A stretch of 64,000 nt of DNA from an uncultured Gemmatimonadaceae bacterium (GCA_963716745.1 OY970320.1:512001-576000); one strand, 5' to 3'. Shown: positions 53,597-62,754, numbered from the stretch's first letter. Numbers and translations: made by a program. Notes: generated by a model not told the origin, from the letters alone.

Positions 53597-54604
53597 ATGC
53601 GTCCTTCTCTCAGCCGTCCGCGCCTGCAGACCCTCCTCCGCTCCGCGACCGGCAAGCGCATCGCAGTAGTCGGCGACGCGATGCTCGACGTGTACCTCAA
53701 GGGGGATGTGGACCGCATCTCGCCCGAAGCGCCCGTGCCCGTCGTGCGCGTGCGCGAACGCCGCTCCGCGCTCGGCGGGGCGGCGAATGTCGCGCAGAAT
53801 GTCGCGGCGCTCGGCGCGAAGGCGGAGCTCGTCGCGGTCGTGGGGCGCGACGCGAGCGCGAAGGCGCTGCGCGCGATGCTGAAGGAACTCGGCGGGGAGA
53901 CGCGCGCGCTGGTGGAAGTGGACCGGCCCACCACGACCAAGACGCGCGTGCTCGCTCGAGTGCAGCAGGTCGTGCGTTTCGACGAGGAAGAGGACGCCGA
54001 CCTCGGCGCCGCCGATATCGCGCGGGTACTCAACGCCGTCGCGCACGCCGTCGCCGACGCCGATGCGCTCGTGCTCGAGGACTACAACAAGGGGCTGCTC
54101 GTGCCCGCGGTGATCCGTGCCGCGATCGATGCGGCGAATGCGCGCGGCATTCCGGTCGTGGTCGATCCCAAGTTCCGGAATTTCTTCGCGTACAAGGGCG
54201 CGACGATCTTCAAGCCGAACCGCCGCGAACTCGAGACGGCACTCGGCGCGACGATGGACGTGGACCATCCCGAGACCGTGCCCGCGATGCTCGAGCGGCT
54301 CGGCGTCGAGCACGTGCTGCTCACGTTGGGTGAGCGCGGCATGGTGCTGGTGAGCCCGAATGGCGTCGCGATGCGCGTGCCGACTACCGCGCGCGAGGTA
54401 TACGATGTGGTGGGCGCGGGCGACACCGTGACCGCGTACCTCGCGGCAATACTGGCCGCGGGCGGCACGGTGGAAGAGGCATCGATGATCGCGAACTTCG
54501 CCGCCGGCGTGGAAGTCGGGAAACTCGGCGCTGCCACCGTAGATGCCGACGAAGTGCTCGCGGCCTACGACGCCTACGCGGCGTACGTGAAGGGAGGCGG
54601 CTGA
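53597..54604 (+). CDS. rfaE1: D-glycero-beta-D-manno-heptose-7-phosphate kinase (RfaE domain I)
   Basis: RISPEAPVPV, GGAANVA, DYNKG, DVVGAGDT. Confidence 0.92.
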   Translation: MRPSLSRPRLQTLLRSATGKRIAVVGDAMLDVYLKGDVDRISPEAPVPVVRVRERRSALGGAANVAQNVAALGAKAELVAVVGRDASAKALRAMLKELGGETRALVEVDRPTTTKTRVLARVQQVVRFDEEEDADLGAADIARVLNAVAHAVADADALVLEDYNKGLLVPAVIRAAIDAANARGIPVVVDPKFRNFFAYKGATIFKPNRRELETALGATMDVDHPETVPAMLERLGVEHVLLTLGERGMVLVSPNGVAMRVPTTAREVYDVVGAGDTVTAYLAAILAAGGTVEEASMIANFAAGVEVGKLGAATVDADEVLAAYDAYAAYVKGGG

Positions 54605-54607
54605 GTC

Positions 54608-55099
54608 GTGAAGACCGGATTCGCACTATGGCTCGCGGTCGCCGTCGTGGGATCGTTGGCGTGGAGCACCGTGAGCTGGAACCTGCTGCAGCGGCGGATC
54701 CGGCGGAATCGCGCCGGCAATTGCGCGAACTGCGGCAGACCACTCGATGTGGAGCGCGCGCGCATCGGCGGACTCATGCTCTGCCCCGATTGCGCGCGGC
54801 GGTCGCGCAAAGTGGTGACCGTGGCGGTGCGTTCGATCGCCGCGCTCGTGATCGCCGGCAGCGCCGGGATGATCTGGGTGGTCTACGAGGTGTGGGACGT
54901 GAACCGGAAGGGCGCCTGGCTGCTGCTCGGATTGTGGGGGATGTACTCGGGCGTGTTGCTGTTCATCGCATTCCTGTCCGCGCGAGACGCCCATGAGGCC
55001 GGCCGGCGCGTGGCGCGCATGGAGCGGCGCGTGACACCTCCCGAGGGCCGCGGTCGTACGGAGAGTGTCATCACGCCACCTCGATCCCCGGGTATTTGA
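54608..55099 (+). CDS. Membrane protein with CxxC...CxxC zinc ribbon
   Basis: TM - CANCG...CPDC - two TM segments. Confidence 0.6.
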   Translation: MKTGFALWLAVAVVGSLAWSTVSWNLLQRRIRRNRAGNCANCGRPLDVERARIGGLMLCPDCARRSRKVVTVAVRSIAALVIAGSAGMIWVVYEVWDVNRKGAWLLLGLWGMYSGVLLFIAFLSARDAHEAGRRVARMERRVTPPEGRGRTESVITPPRSPGI

Positions 55100-55100
55100 T

Positions 55101-55361
55101 ATGGGAGAACAGAACTACGTTGAGTTGCTCGGGATGGCCATGGTGTGCGGCACCGCACTCATCCTGGCCTTCGGATTTTTCTGGTACAAACGCCCACGCG
55201 GCGTGAGCAACAAGTCCCTGGACGAGATCGCGGAGCGGCTCGCTCAACTGGAGCGCGCCGTGGACGCGATCGCCGTCGAGACCGAGCGGATCAGCGAGGG
55301 CCAGCGCTTCACCGCCAAGCTGCTCAGCGAGCGCTCGGCCGAGCACAGCGTGCCGCGATGA
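55101..55361 (+). CDS. Small single-TM protein, ERISEGQRF paralog 1
   Basis: N-terminal TM; ERLAQLERAVDAIAVETERISEGQRFTAKLLSER. Confidence 0.85.
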   Translation: MGEQNYVELLGMAMVCGTALILAFGFFWYKRPRGVSNKSLDEIAERLAQLERAVDAIAVETERISEGQRFTAKLLSERSAEHSVPR

Positions 55362-55409
55362 CCGGGCAGTGGAGCGAGCGTGCGGCTTCACGACATCCTG
55401 GAGCTTGAG

Positions 55410-55670
55410 ATGCAAGACAAATACACCTTCGTCATCACGATATTCTCGATCATCGGAGTCTCCTGTATTACCATCGCGCTCGGCGTGGCCTGGCTCAGGC
55501 GGCCGCCGCGCGTGGCGTCGAAGGATCTCGCGGAGATCGCGGAGCGGTTGACGTCGCTGGAACGCGCCGTCGATACGATTGCCGTCGAGACCGAGCGTAT
55601 CAGCGAAGGCCAGCGATTTACCACCAAGTTGCTCAGCGAGCGCGCGGCTGAGCATATCGTGCCGCGATGA
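55410..55670 (+). CDS. Small single-TM protein, ERISEGQRF paralog 2
   Basis: N-terminal TM; ERLTSLERAVDTIAVETERISEGQRFTTKLLSER. Confidence 0.85.
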   Translation: MQDKYTFVITIFSIIGVSCITIALGVAWLRRPPRVASKDLAEIAERLTSLERAVDTIAVETERISEGQRFTTKLLSERAAEHIVPR

Positions 55671-55924
55671 CCGGCCAGGAAGCGGCCGTGCTCATCGTCG
55701 GCACCGTGGCGGCGAGCAGCATGGCCATGACGTGGATGCGGATGCATTACCGGAGCCAGAAGGGCATCGCGAGCGGCGATCTCGCGGCGGTCGAGGCGCG
55801 TCTCGCGCGCATCGAGCAGGCGGTGGACGCCATCGCGGTGGAGACCGAGCGCATCTCCGAGGGGCAGCGCTTCACGACGAAGCTGCTCAGCGAACGAACG
55901 ACGAGCGGGAGTGCGCAGCGATGA
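55667..55924 (+). CDS. Small single-TM protein, ERISEGQRF paralog 3
   Basis: ATGA overlap with paralog 2; ARLARIEQAVDAIAVETERISEGQRFTTKLLSER. Confidence 0.85.
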   Translation: MTGQEAAVLIVGTVAASSMAMTWMRMHYRSQKGIASGDLAAVEARLARIEQAVDAIAVETERISEGQRFTTKLLSERTTSGSAQR

Positions 55925-56178
55925 ATCCGAACGATACGGCGGCTTTCGTGACGCTCGTGCTGACCGTTGGCGTGATCGCGTTCACGTGGATCGCGACGCG
56001 GAACCGGCGGCAGCCTTCCGTCGGGAGCGCCGAGCTCAAGGCGATCGATGATCGCCTCGCGCGCATGGAGCAGGCGATTGATGCGATGGCGGTTGAAACT
56101 GAAAGGATCTCGGAGGGACAACGATTTACGTCGAAGCTGCTGGCTGAACGCGCGAAGGATCCGGTCCCTCGAAACTGA
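55921..56178 (+). CDS. Small single-TM protein, ERISEGQRF paralog 4
   Basis: ATGA overlap with paralog 3; DRLARMEQAIDAMAVETERISEGQRFTSKLLAER. Confidence 0.85.
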   Translation: MNPNDTAAFVTLVLTVGVIAFTWIATRNRRQPSVGSAELKAIDDRLARMEQAIDAMAVETERISEGQRFTSKLLAERAKDPVPRN

Positions 56179-56183
56179 AGTTC

Positions 56184-56727
56184 GCGGGAAGCGGGAAGCG
56201 GGAAGCGCCGCGGGAAGCGAATACGGCGCGGACTACAGCTTCTCTCGCAGACTCGCGATCAGTCGGGTGAGCATTCGGCTCACGTGATCTCCGATCTCCT
56301 CGGCTGCCTTCAAGTCGTTCTCAGAGAAGTAGCCTACGCGGCGACCGCCCTCGAGGAGCGTCGCCAGCTCGGCTAGCGAGCCACGCGAGATCGAGAGGAA
56401 GTGCAAGTATTCCTTCGTGTGGCTGCGCGCATTCCCCTCCGCGATGTTGGCGGCCACCGAGACCGAGGCGCGACGGATCTGGCTCGACAGATCGAAGCGC
56501 TCGGTCGACGGCAATTTCGCGACGAGTCGATGGGACTCGACCATCAAGTCCATCGCCCTCTGCCAGACCTTGAGCTGACGGCAATTCTGAATCATGGCGC
56601 CTCCTCGAAGTTCGGAAGCTGCCATTTGATTCCAAGAGGAATTGGCATCACGGCATTCGGCAACGGCGCCTTCCGTCGCGCGCTGCCGTTTCGCGTCCCG
56701 CGGCGCTTCCCGCTTCCCGCTTCCCGC
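56184..56727. mobile_element. Heptamer inverted-repeat cassette carrying a four-helix-bundle gene
   Basis: Arms at about 56184-56230 and 56679-56727 enclose the ORF; identical arms occur without an ORF at 53471-53572. Mobility is inferred. Confidence 0.6.
56233..56595 (-). CDS. Four-helix-bundle protein (23S rRNA IVS protein / bAvd-like family)
   Basis: L.VWQ.AM.L...P..E.F.L.SQIRRA.VSV.ANIAEG...FL.I.RGSL.E; SD GAGGAGG. Confidence 0.93.
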   Translation of the reverse strand: MIQNCRQLKVWQRAMDLMVESHRLVAKLPSTERFDLSSQIRRASVSVAANIAEGNARSHTKEYLHFLSISRGSLAELATLLEGGRRVGYFSENDLKAAEEIGDHVSRMLTRLIASLREKL

Positions 56728-56802
56728 GCCATACGAAGCTTTGCCTCTCCTTCAGTCGTCTTTCCCCGACCGCAAGAGATGCATAGCTTGTTGTCGTAAG
56801 AA

Positions 56803-56876
56803 GGGCCCTTAGCTCAGCCGGTTAGAGCAGCGGACTCATAATCCGACGCGCGCAGGTTCGAATCCTGCAGGGCCCA
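56803..56876 (+). tRNA. tRNA with CAT anticodon, probably tRNA-Ile2 (alternatively elongator Met)
   Basis: GGGCCCT/AGGGCCC-A acceptor (paired 1-72, so not initiator; C4-G69, C5-G68); CTCATAA loop. Confidence 0.88.
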
Positions 56877-56882
56877 CTTGCT

Positions 56883-59315
56883 CTATTCCTCCGCCGCGCG
56901 CAGCGCCTGCGCCGGGTCGGTGCGCGAGACGAGCCACGCCGGCCGCGCCGCGGCGACGATCGCGACGGCACTCAGGAGCGCGGCTACCACCAGATAGATC
57001 GCCGGATCTCGCGGCTCTACGTCGTAGAGCAGCGGCGCCACCAACGGCCCGCCCGCGAACGCGATCGCGAAGCCGAGCGCGAGTCCCGAAAGCGTCAACG
57101 CGATCCCCTCGCGCAGCACGAACCAGGTGAGCCGGTTCGGGCTCGCGCCGAGCGCGGAGCGCACGGCGAGCTCCGCCGAGCGGCGCGAGATGCCGAACGC
57201 GATGAGTCCGTAGAGTCCGACGCCCGCCACAGCGAGCGCGAGCGGGCCGAGGATCTCGAAGACGGTTGCCGAGAGCCGCCAGGGGCGGAGGTAGGGCTCC
57301 AGATCGTGCGACAGCGCGCGGACGCTCACGTTGAGAAGCCCCGGTTCGAGTTCGAGCAGTGTGCGCCGAACCATTGCGACGGCGAGCGCAGGGTCGCCAG
57401 CGGTACGCGCGACGAGCGCTTGCGGACCGATATTCCCCATGGTGCTGCGCAATCGGCGCGAACAATTGCGGTTCAGGCGTCTCGCGCAACTCGCGGTATG
57501 TGCGCGTCGGCGAGGACGCCCACGACGGTCGAACATGTGGAGTCCGATCCGGCAAGCATGCACTGTCCCACCGGATCCTTGCCGGGCCACAGAACGCGCG
57601 CGAGCGTCTCATTCACGACCACCACACTTGGCGCATGCTCGTTGTCCGCCGCAGTGAACTCGCGGCCCGCGCGTAGATGCATGCCCAGAGCGCGGAAATA
57701 GTCCTCCGACACAGCATTCAGATCCGCCGTGTGGTGAGTCGCTGGCGCGCTGGGAACGCGAACGTCACCTCCAAAGTTCGTCGCGAACGGGGTCGCGAAC
57801 ATGACGCTCACGTGTTCGAGTCCCGGCCGGCCTCGCAGTGCCGCGTAGGCGCGATTCCAGAAAGCGAGCGTAATCGAATCCACTAGCGCTCCAGTACGTC
57901 TGGCGACGAGCACGTGGGTCGCATCGAACCCGAGATCCGTCGCCTTCGCCCGCTCGAGGCTTCGGACGAACAGGCCCGCACCGACGAGCAGCACGGTCAC
58001 GAGAGTCGCCTGCGACGAGCAGCAGCGCGCCACGCAGCGTTCGCCGCGCCGCATGCTCCGCACGGACTGGCTGCCGATATTCGCGACGTATTCACGCTGC
58101 GCGAGATGCATGACCGGGATCACACCAATGATGACGCCGATCACCAGCGCGGCAACGCCGCCCAGGAGCGTGGCGCGCGCGCCGAGCGTTACACCGTCCC
58201 AAGCGATATCCGCCAGCAGCACCCGGCGAACGAGTACCGTTCCCGCGGTCGCGACCAACAGGCTCACCGTGAATCCGAGCGCCGCGAGCATGAGGCTCTC
58301 GGTCAGGAGCAGCCGCGCGACGCGCGCCCGGGTGCCGCCCAGCGCGAACCGGATGCCCAGCTCGCGGCGCCGCTGGATCGTGCGCGCCAGCACCAGATTG
58401 CTGACATTCGCGATCGCGATGAGCAGCACGAGCAGGGAGAACCCGCCCAGCCAGAGCGCGATGCGCGCGCGCGTGGTCGGGGAGCCGTCCGGCGTTCCGC
58501 GAACCGGCGATCGACACGAGGATCGCCCGCACCGGCGGCTCACGCGGATCTGCCTCCTGTTGCGCCTGCCGCAGTACGATGGTCGCCTCCGTCTCCGCGG
58601 GAGCGGCTCCGCGGCCGGCGCGCCGGCGCACGACGACTTGGGTCCAGTAGCTCCGCTGCGTCATGTACCACTTGGGGCCGCCGAAGTAGCGATGATCCCA
58701 CGTGTATACGGGATCCAGACGTCCACGCGTGCCGCGTCCACGCCCGAGAAGGCGCGCGGCGCGACGCCCACGATCGTGAACTTCCGTCCCGCGGATCTCG
58801 ATCTCCCGCCCCAGCACGCTCCGCTCGCCCGCATACTCCCGCTGCCAAACGCCGTAACTGATCACGGCCACCAGATCGCCTTCCGGTATCCGGTCCTCCT
58901 GCGGCAGGAAGAACCGCCCCAAGGCCGGACGCACCTCGAGCGTCGTGAAGAAGCTCGGCGTCGCGATCATGCCGTTCGCCTTCCAGGCCGTCTCCCCATG
59001 CCCGATCGGCATGTCGGTGTCCGCAAAGCCTCCGACGGACTCGAATGCCTCGACGTGATCACGCAGCGCGAGATAGTTCTCGTAAGTCGTCGGCAGAACT
59101 CGGCGTCATACTGATCCCGCGAATCCGAGCCGGCTCACGCCGGCGGGATCTCCCACGCCATTCGGCGGACTCAGCAGCAGGCGGTCGACGACGTCGAACA
59201 TCACGGCATTCACCGCGAGCCCGAGCGCGAGCGTGATCACGATCGCCACGGTCGAGGCCGGCGCACGCACCGCGGTGCGAACGGCGAATGCGATATCCTG
59301 CCGCAGATCGCTCAT
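56883..59315 (-). CDS. ABC-type MacB/FtsX duplicated permease (ADOP-like), broken by several frameshifts/stops
   Basis: 'QDIAFAVR...TLALG', 'ANVSNLVLAR...RELGIRFALG', 'GLYGLIAF...RSALGA' fragments. Confidence 0.75.
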
Positions 59316-59434
59316 CACTGGAACAGCGCCGCCGACTTGATCACCGTCTGCGCGACTCCCCACGCGAGCGGGATGCCCACGTAGAGCCACGCGAGCGCGA
59401 CTCGGACTCTCTCGGCACGATTCGTCTCAGCCAT
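59315..59434 (-). CDS. 39-aa membrane peptide (MFS/OFA small subunit-like), missing from the ORF track
   Basis: MAETNRAERVRVALAWLYVGIPLAWGVAQTVIKSAALFQ; overlaps the OFA stop and the next start. Confidence 0.75.
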   Translation of the reverse strand: MAETNRAERVRVALAWLYVGIPLAWGVAQTVIKSAALFQ

Positions 59435-60779
59435 TCGTCGCTCCGCGGAAATGGTGCTTCGCGTCCACCGGGCGCATCGCAACGTTCGCGATGAATCCCA
59501 CCACGAGCAAGCCCGCCATCACGTACATGGTCACGTCGTATGCCTCGGCTATCGCCACGCCGTGCGCGATCTCGTATTCTCGAATGTAGTTCACGAGCAC
59601 GGGGCCGAGGGCGCCGGCGACGCTCCACGCGAGGAGCAGACGCCCGTGGATCGCGCCCACCTGCATGGTGCCGAACATGTCGCGCAGATACGCGGGGATG
59701 GTCGCGAAGCCGCCACCGTACATTGACAGTAGCACAGCGCACACGATCACGAACAAGGCCACGGACTGGGTGGCCGCCACGGTCGCGATGCTCGCGTAGA
59801 GCACGGCGCCCAGCGCGAAGAAGATGAAGTACGTCGCGCGGCGGCCGATCCTGTCGCTCGCCGAGCTCCAGAGGAATCGCCCCGCCATGTTCGCGAGACT
59901 CAGGAGGCTCACGAAGCCCGCCGCCGCGGCCGCGAGCACGTGGCCCTTGAAGATCTCCTGGATCATGGGACTCGCCTGCTCGAGGATCCCGATCCCGGCG
60001 GTCACGTTCGCGCAGAGCATGATCCAGAGCAGCCAGAACTGCGGCGTCCGCATCGCCTCGTTCACTTCCACGTTCGCGGTCGTGACCAATGGCTTCGACG
60101 CCGGCGGCGTCCAGCCCGCCGGCTGCCAGCCCGGCGCCGGCACGCGCACGCTGAACGCGCCGAACATCATGAACGCGAAATAGATCACGCCGAGCGCCAC
60201 GAACGACTCGGCGACGCCGGGCGACGTTGTGCTCTTGAAATGATTCATGAGCGCCACGGACAGCGGGCTCGCGATCATCGCACCGCCGCCGAAGCCCATG
60301 ATCGCCATTCCCGTCGCCATGCCGGGCCGGTCGGGGAACCACTTGATGAGTGTCGTGACCGGCGAGATGTAACCGATGCCAAGCCCCACGCCACCGAGCA
60401 CGCCGTAGCCGAGCACGAGCAGCCAGAGCTGATGCGTCGCGATGCCCGCGGCGCCCAGAATGAATCCGCTCGCAAAGCACACCGCGCTCGTGAACATCGC
60501 GCGCCGCGGTCCCACGCGTTCGAGCCACGCGCCGAACGTTGCCGCCGAGGCGCCGAGGAAGATGATCGCGACGCTGAATACCCAGCCGAGCGTCGAGAAC
60601 TTCCAGTCATCGGGCGCGGAATCCGCGCCGCCGATGAGCCGCGACAGCGGGATCTTGAACACCGAGAACGCGTACACCTGGCCGATGCACAGGTGGATCG
60701 CGAGCGCCGCCGGCGGCACGCGCCAGCGGCTGAATCCGGGCGCCGCGATGCTATGGTCGCGATCGAGGAAGGAGAGCAT
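59427..60779 (-). CDS. OFA-family (oxalate/formate antiporter-like) MFS transporter
   Basis: HLCIGQVYAFSVF, LIKWFPDRPGMATG, YGGGFATIPAY. Confidence 0.9.
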   Translation of the reverse strand: MLSFLDRDHSIAAPGFSRWRVPPAALAIHLCIGQVYAFSVFKIPLSRLIGGADSAPDDWKFSTLGWVFSVAIIFLGASAATFGAWLERVGPRRAMFTSAVCFASGFILGAAGIATHQLWLLVLGYGVLGGVGLGIGYISPVTTLIKWFPDRPGMATGMAIMGFGGGAMIASPLSVALMNHFKSTTSPGVAESFVALGVIYFAFMMFGAFSVRVPAPGWQPAGWTPPASKPLVTTANVEVNEAMRTPQFWLLWIMLCANVTAGIGILEQASPMIQEIFKGHVLAAAAAGFVSLLSLANMAGRFLWSSASDRIGRRATYFIFFALGAVLYASIATVAATQSVALFVIVCAVLLSMYGGGFATIPAYLRDMFGTMQVGAIHGRLLLAWSVAGALGPVLVNYIREYEIAHGVAIAEAYDVTMYVMAGLLVVGFIANVAMRPVDAKHHFRGATNG

Positions 60780-60864
60780 TGCCACGCGCCGATTCTACGC
60801 CGCGCGTGCGGTCGCCGCCACTACCAAGATGGTCGCGGTTCCGTTACCATTCGCTCTCGCGTTC

Positions 60865-60938
60865 GGGCGCGTAGCTCAGCTGGTTAGAGCGCTGGTCTCA
60901 CATACCAGAGGTCGGGGGTTCGATCCCCTCCGCGCCCA
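60865..60938 (+). tRNA. tRNA-Val(CAC)
   Basis: GGGCGCG/CGCGCCC-A acceptor; CTGGT-CTCACAT-ACCAG anticodon arm. Confidence 0.95.
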
Positions 60939-60953
60939 CTACGAACTACAAAT

Positions 60954-61070
60954 ACGGGCTGTCGGCTGTCGGCTGTAGCCTGCGACCCATTGCCAAACGG
61001 CCACCCCTGCGCGGAATGGCCGTTTTTTCGCAGCAGCAAGCGACAGCCGACAGCCAACAGCCCGCCGTTA
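60954..61070. repeat. Heptamer (GCTGTCG)n inverted-repeat element, copy 2, with an internal terminator-like hairpin
   Basis: CGGGCTGTCGGCTGTCGGCTGT...ACAGCCGACAGCCAACAGCCCG; inner AAACGGCCA...TGGCCGTTTTTT. Confidence 0.85.
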
Positions 61071-61081
61071 GGTTCTCGGAA

Positions 61082-61684
61082 TCATCTCCACGTCGTCGCC
61101 CGATCCCGCGAATAACTCTGCCCGCACACCGCGCACGTCACCTGTAACGGGCCCATGATGCGGGCATCGAGCGGGAGCCGCTCACCGCACTGGCACATCC
61201 AGCCGGCGATCTGGGCGGGGACGCCCACCACGAGAGCGAAGGCCGGCACATCGCGCGTCACCACCGCGCCCGCTCCCACGAAGGCGTACTCGCCCAGCAC
61301 CGTACCGCAGACCACGGTCGCGTTCGCGCCGATGCTCACGCCGCGGCGCACGATGGTGGTCTGATATTCATTCTTCCTCGACACATGACTGCGCGGGTTG
61401 ATCACGTTCGTGAACACCATCGACGGGCCGAGGAACACATCGTCCTCGCAGATCACGCCCTCGTAGATGCTCACGTTGTTCTGCACCTTCACGTTGCGGC
61501 CCAGCGTCACGCGCGGCATCACCACCACATTCTGTCCGAGTGAGCACGCCTCGCCGATCACCGCGCCGGGCATCACGTGGCAGAAATGCCAGATCTTGGT
61601 GCCCTTCCCCACCACGGCGCCCTGGTCCACGAAGCTCGACACGTGCGCCTGGCCTCCGCCGGGCAGATCCTTCATCTCGCTCAT
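61082..61684 (-). CDS. wbpD: WbpD-like N-acetyltransferase (hexapeptide repeat)
   Basis: KIWHFCHV, KVQNNVSIYEG, GPSMVFTNVINPRS; the true stop may be TAA at 61068 if the 3' end is frameshifted. Confidence 0.85.
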   Translation of the reverse strand: MSEMKDLPGGGQAHVSSFVDQGAVVGKGTKIWHFCHVMPGAVIGEACSLGQNVVVMPRVTLGRNVKVQNNVSIYEGVICEDDVFLGPSMVFTNVINPRSHVSRKNEYQTTIVRRGVSIGANATVVCGTVLGEYAFVGAGAVVTRDVPAFALVVGVPAQIAGWMCQCGERLPLDARIMGPLQVTCAVCGQSYSRDRATTWR

Positions 61685-62754
61685 GTGCGGGGTGTCTCCT
61701 CGGAGAACGACCGCAGCGGGAGTGTGACTTCGCGGTCGGTGCGCGCGGATTCATAGATCGCGAGAATCAACTCGAGCGACTTCCGCCCCTCGCGCCCATC
61801 GGTGCCGGGCACGGCTTCGCCCCGCAGCACCTTCACCACGTTCTCGTAGTATGGCTTGTGCCCCGAGCCATAGACGCTCAGCGGATTCGGCGCCGCCTTC
61901 TGCGCCTCGGCCGCCTGGTCGATCGCATCGTCGCGCTTCGCGAATTCCCACGTCTCGATGCGATTCAGCGCGGTACCGCCCACCTTCACGGTGCCGTTCT
62001 CGCCGAGGATCGTGATCGACCCTTCGAGGTTCTTCGGGAAGGTGAGCATCGTGACCTCAATGGTGCCCATCGCGCCATTGCGAAATTTCAAGACCGCGAC
62101 GCCCGTGTCCTCGCTCTCGATGCGCCGCGCGAGGGTCGCGGTCTTCGCGCTCACGCTCGCCACGGGACCCACGAGCCACTGGATCATGTCCACGTAGTGG
62201 CTCGCCTGGTTCATGAACGCGCCGCCGTCGAACTCCCACGTGCCGCGCCATGGCGCCGCGTCGTAGTAACTCTGCGGACGGTTCCACCGCACGGTGGTGT
62301 TCGCGAGATAGATGCGTCCGAACCGGTCGCTGTCGATCGACTTCTTCAGGAGTTCGATCGCCGGGTTCAGCCGGTTCTGCTTCACCACGAACAAGTGCAC
62401 TCTCGCGTCGTCGCACGCTTTCACCAATGCGTCGGCCTCTTCCAGCCGCGTCGCGATCGGCTTCTCCGAGATCACGTGCAGCCCGTGCTTCGCCGCCATG
62501 ATCCCGTGCTTCGGATGCAGCCCACTCGGCGTGCAGATCACCGCGACGTCGGCCTTCACCTTGCTGAGCAGTTCCTCGGCGCTGGCGAAATGCGGCACCT
62601 TGAACTTCTCGCCGGCCTCTTTCGCGCGCGCCGCGACCTCATCGCACACACCCGCGAGCTTCAGACTCGGCTGGCTCGCGATCGCCTCGAAATGTCGCTC
62701 GCTGATCCGGCCGCAGCCGATCAGCACGACGCGGAACGTTCGCTCGGCCGCCAT
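61681..62754 (-). CDS. Gfo/Idh/MocA oxidoreductase (WbpB/WlbA-like)
   Basis: GCGRIS, EKP, VKQNR, DGGAFMNQASHYVD. Confidence 0.88.
   Translation of the reverse strand: MAAERTFRVVLIGCGRISERHFEAIASQPSLKLAGVCDEVAARAKEAGEKFKVPHFASAEELLSKVKADVAVICTPSGLHPKHGIMAAKHGLHVISEKPIATRLEEADALVKACDDARVHLFVVKQNRLNPAIELLKKSIDSDRFGRIYLANTTVRWNRPQSYYDAAPWRGTWEFDGGAFMNQASHYVDMIQWLVGPVASVSAKTATLARRIESEDTGVAVLKFRNGAMGTIEVTMLTFPKNLEGSITILGENGTVKVGGTALNRIETWEFAKRDDAIDQAAEAQKAAPNPLSVYGSGHKPYYENVVKVLRGEAVPGTDGREGRKSLELILAIYESARTDREVTLPLRSFSEETPRT

Noticed and set aside
55101..56178. CRISPR-like array (regularly spaced repeats)
   Set aside because: The repeats are the coding 3' halves of paralogous ORFs with roughly 250-310 bp periodicity; no cas genes.
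56233..56595. 23S rRNA intervening sequence
   Set aside because: No rRNA sequence flanks the ORF.
55101..56727. Diversity-generating retroelement (Avd-like gene next to repeated sequences)
   Set aside because: No reverse transcriptase in the window. Differences among the repeats are mostly synonymous and not adenine-specific, so there is no TR/VR pair.
4894..59315. Frameshifts in fadL, recN, xseA, pheT, pheS, arcA, recJ, dnaG, mutS2, rsmE, asparaginase and ADOP as pseudogenes or programmed frameshifts
   Set aside because: They hit essential genes (pheS, pheT, dnaG), lack obvious slippery sites and are scattered, which fits long-read consensus indels. ADOP has more breaks and could be a true pseudogene; this cannot be resolved without reads.
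56877..60864. Genomic island between the CAT-anticodon tRNA and tRNA-Val
   Set aside because: No integrase and no tRNA 3' duplication visible.
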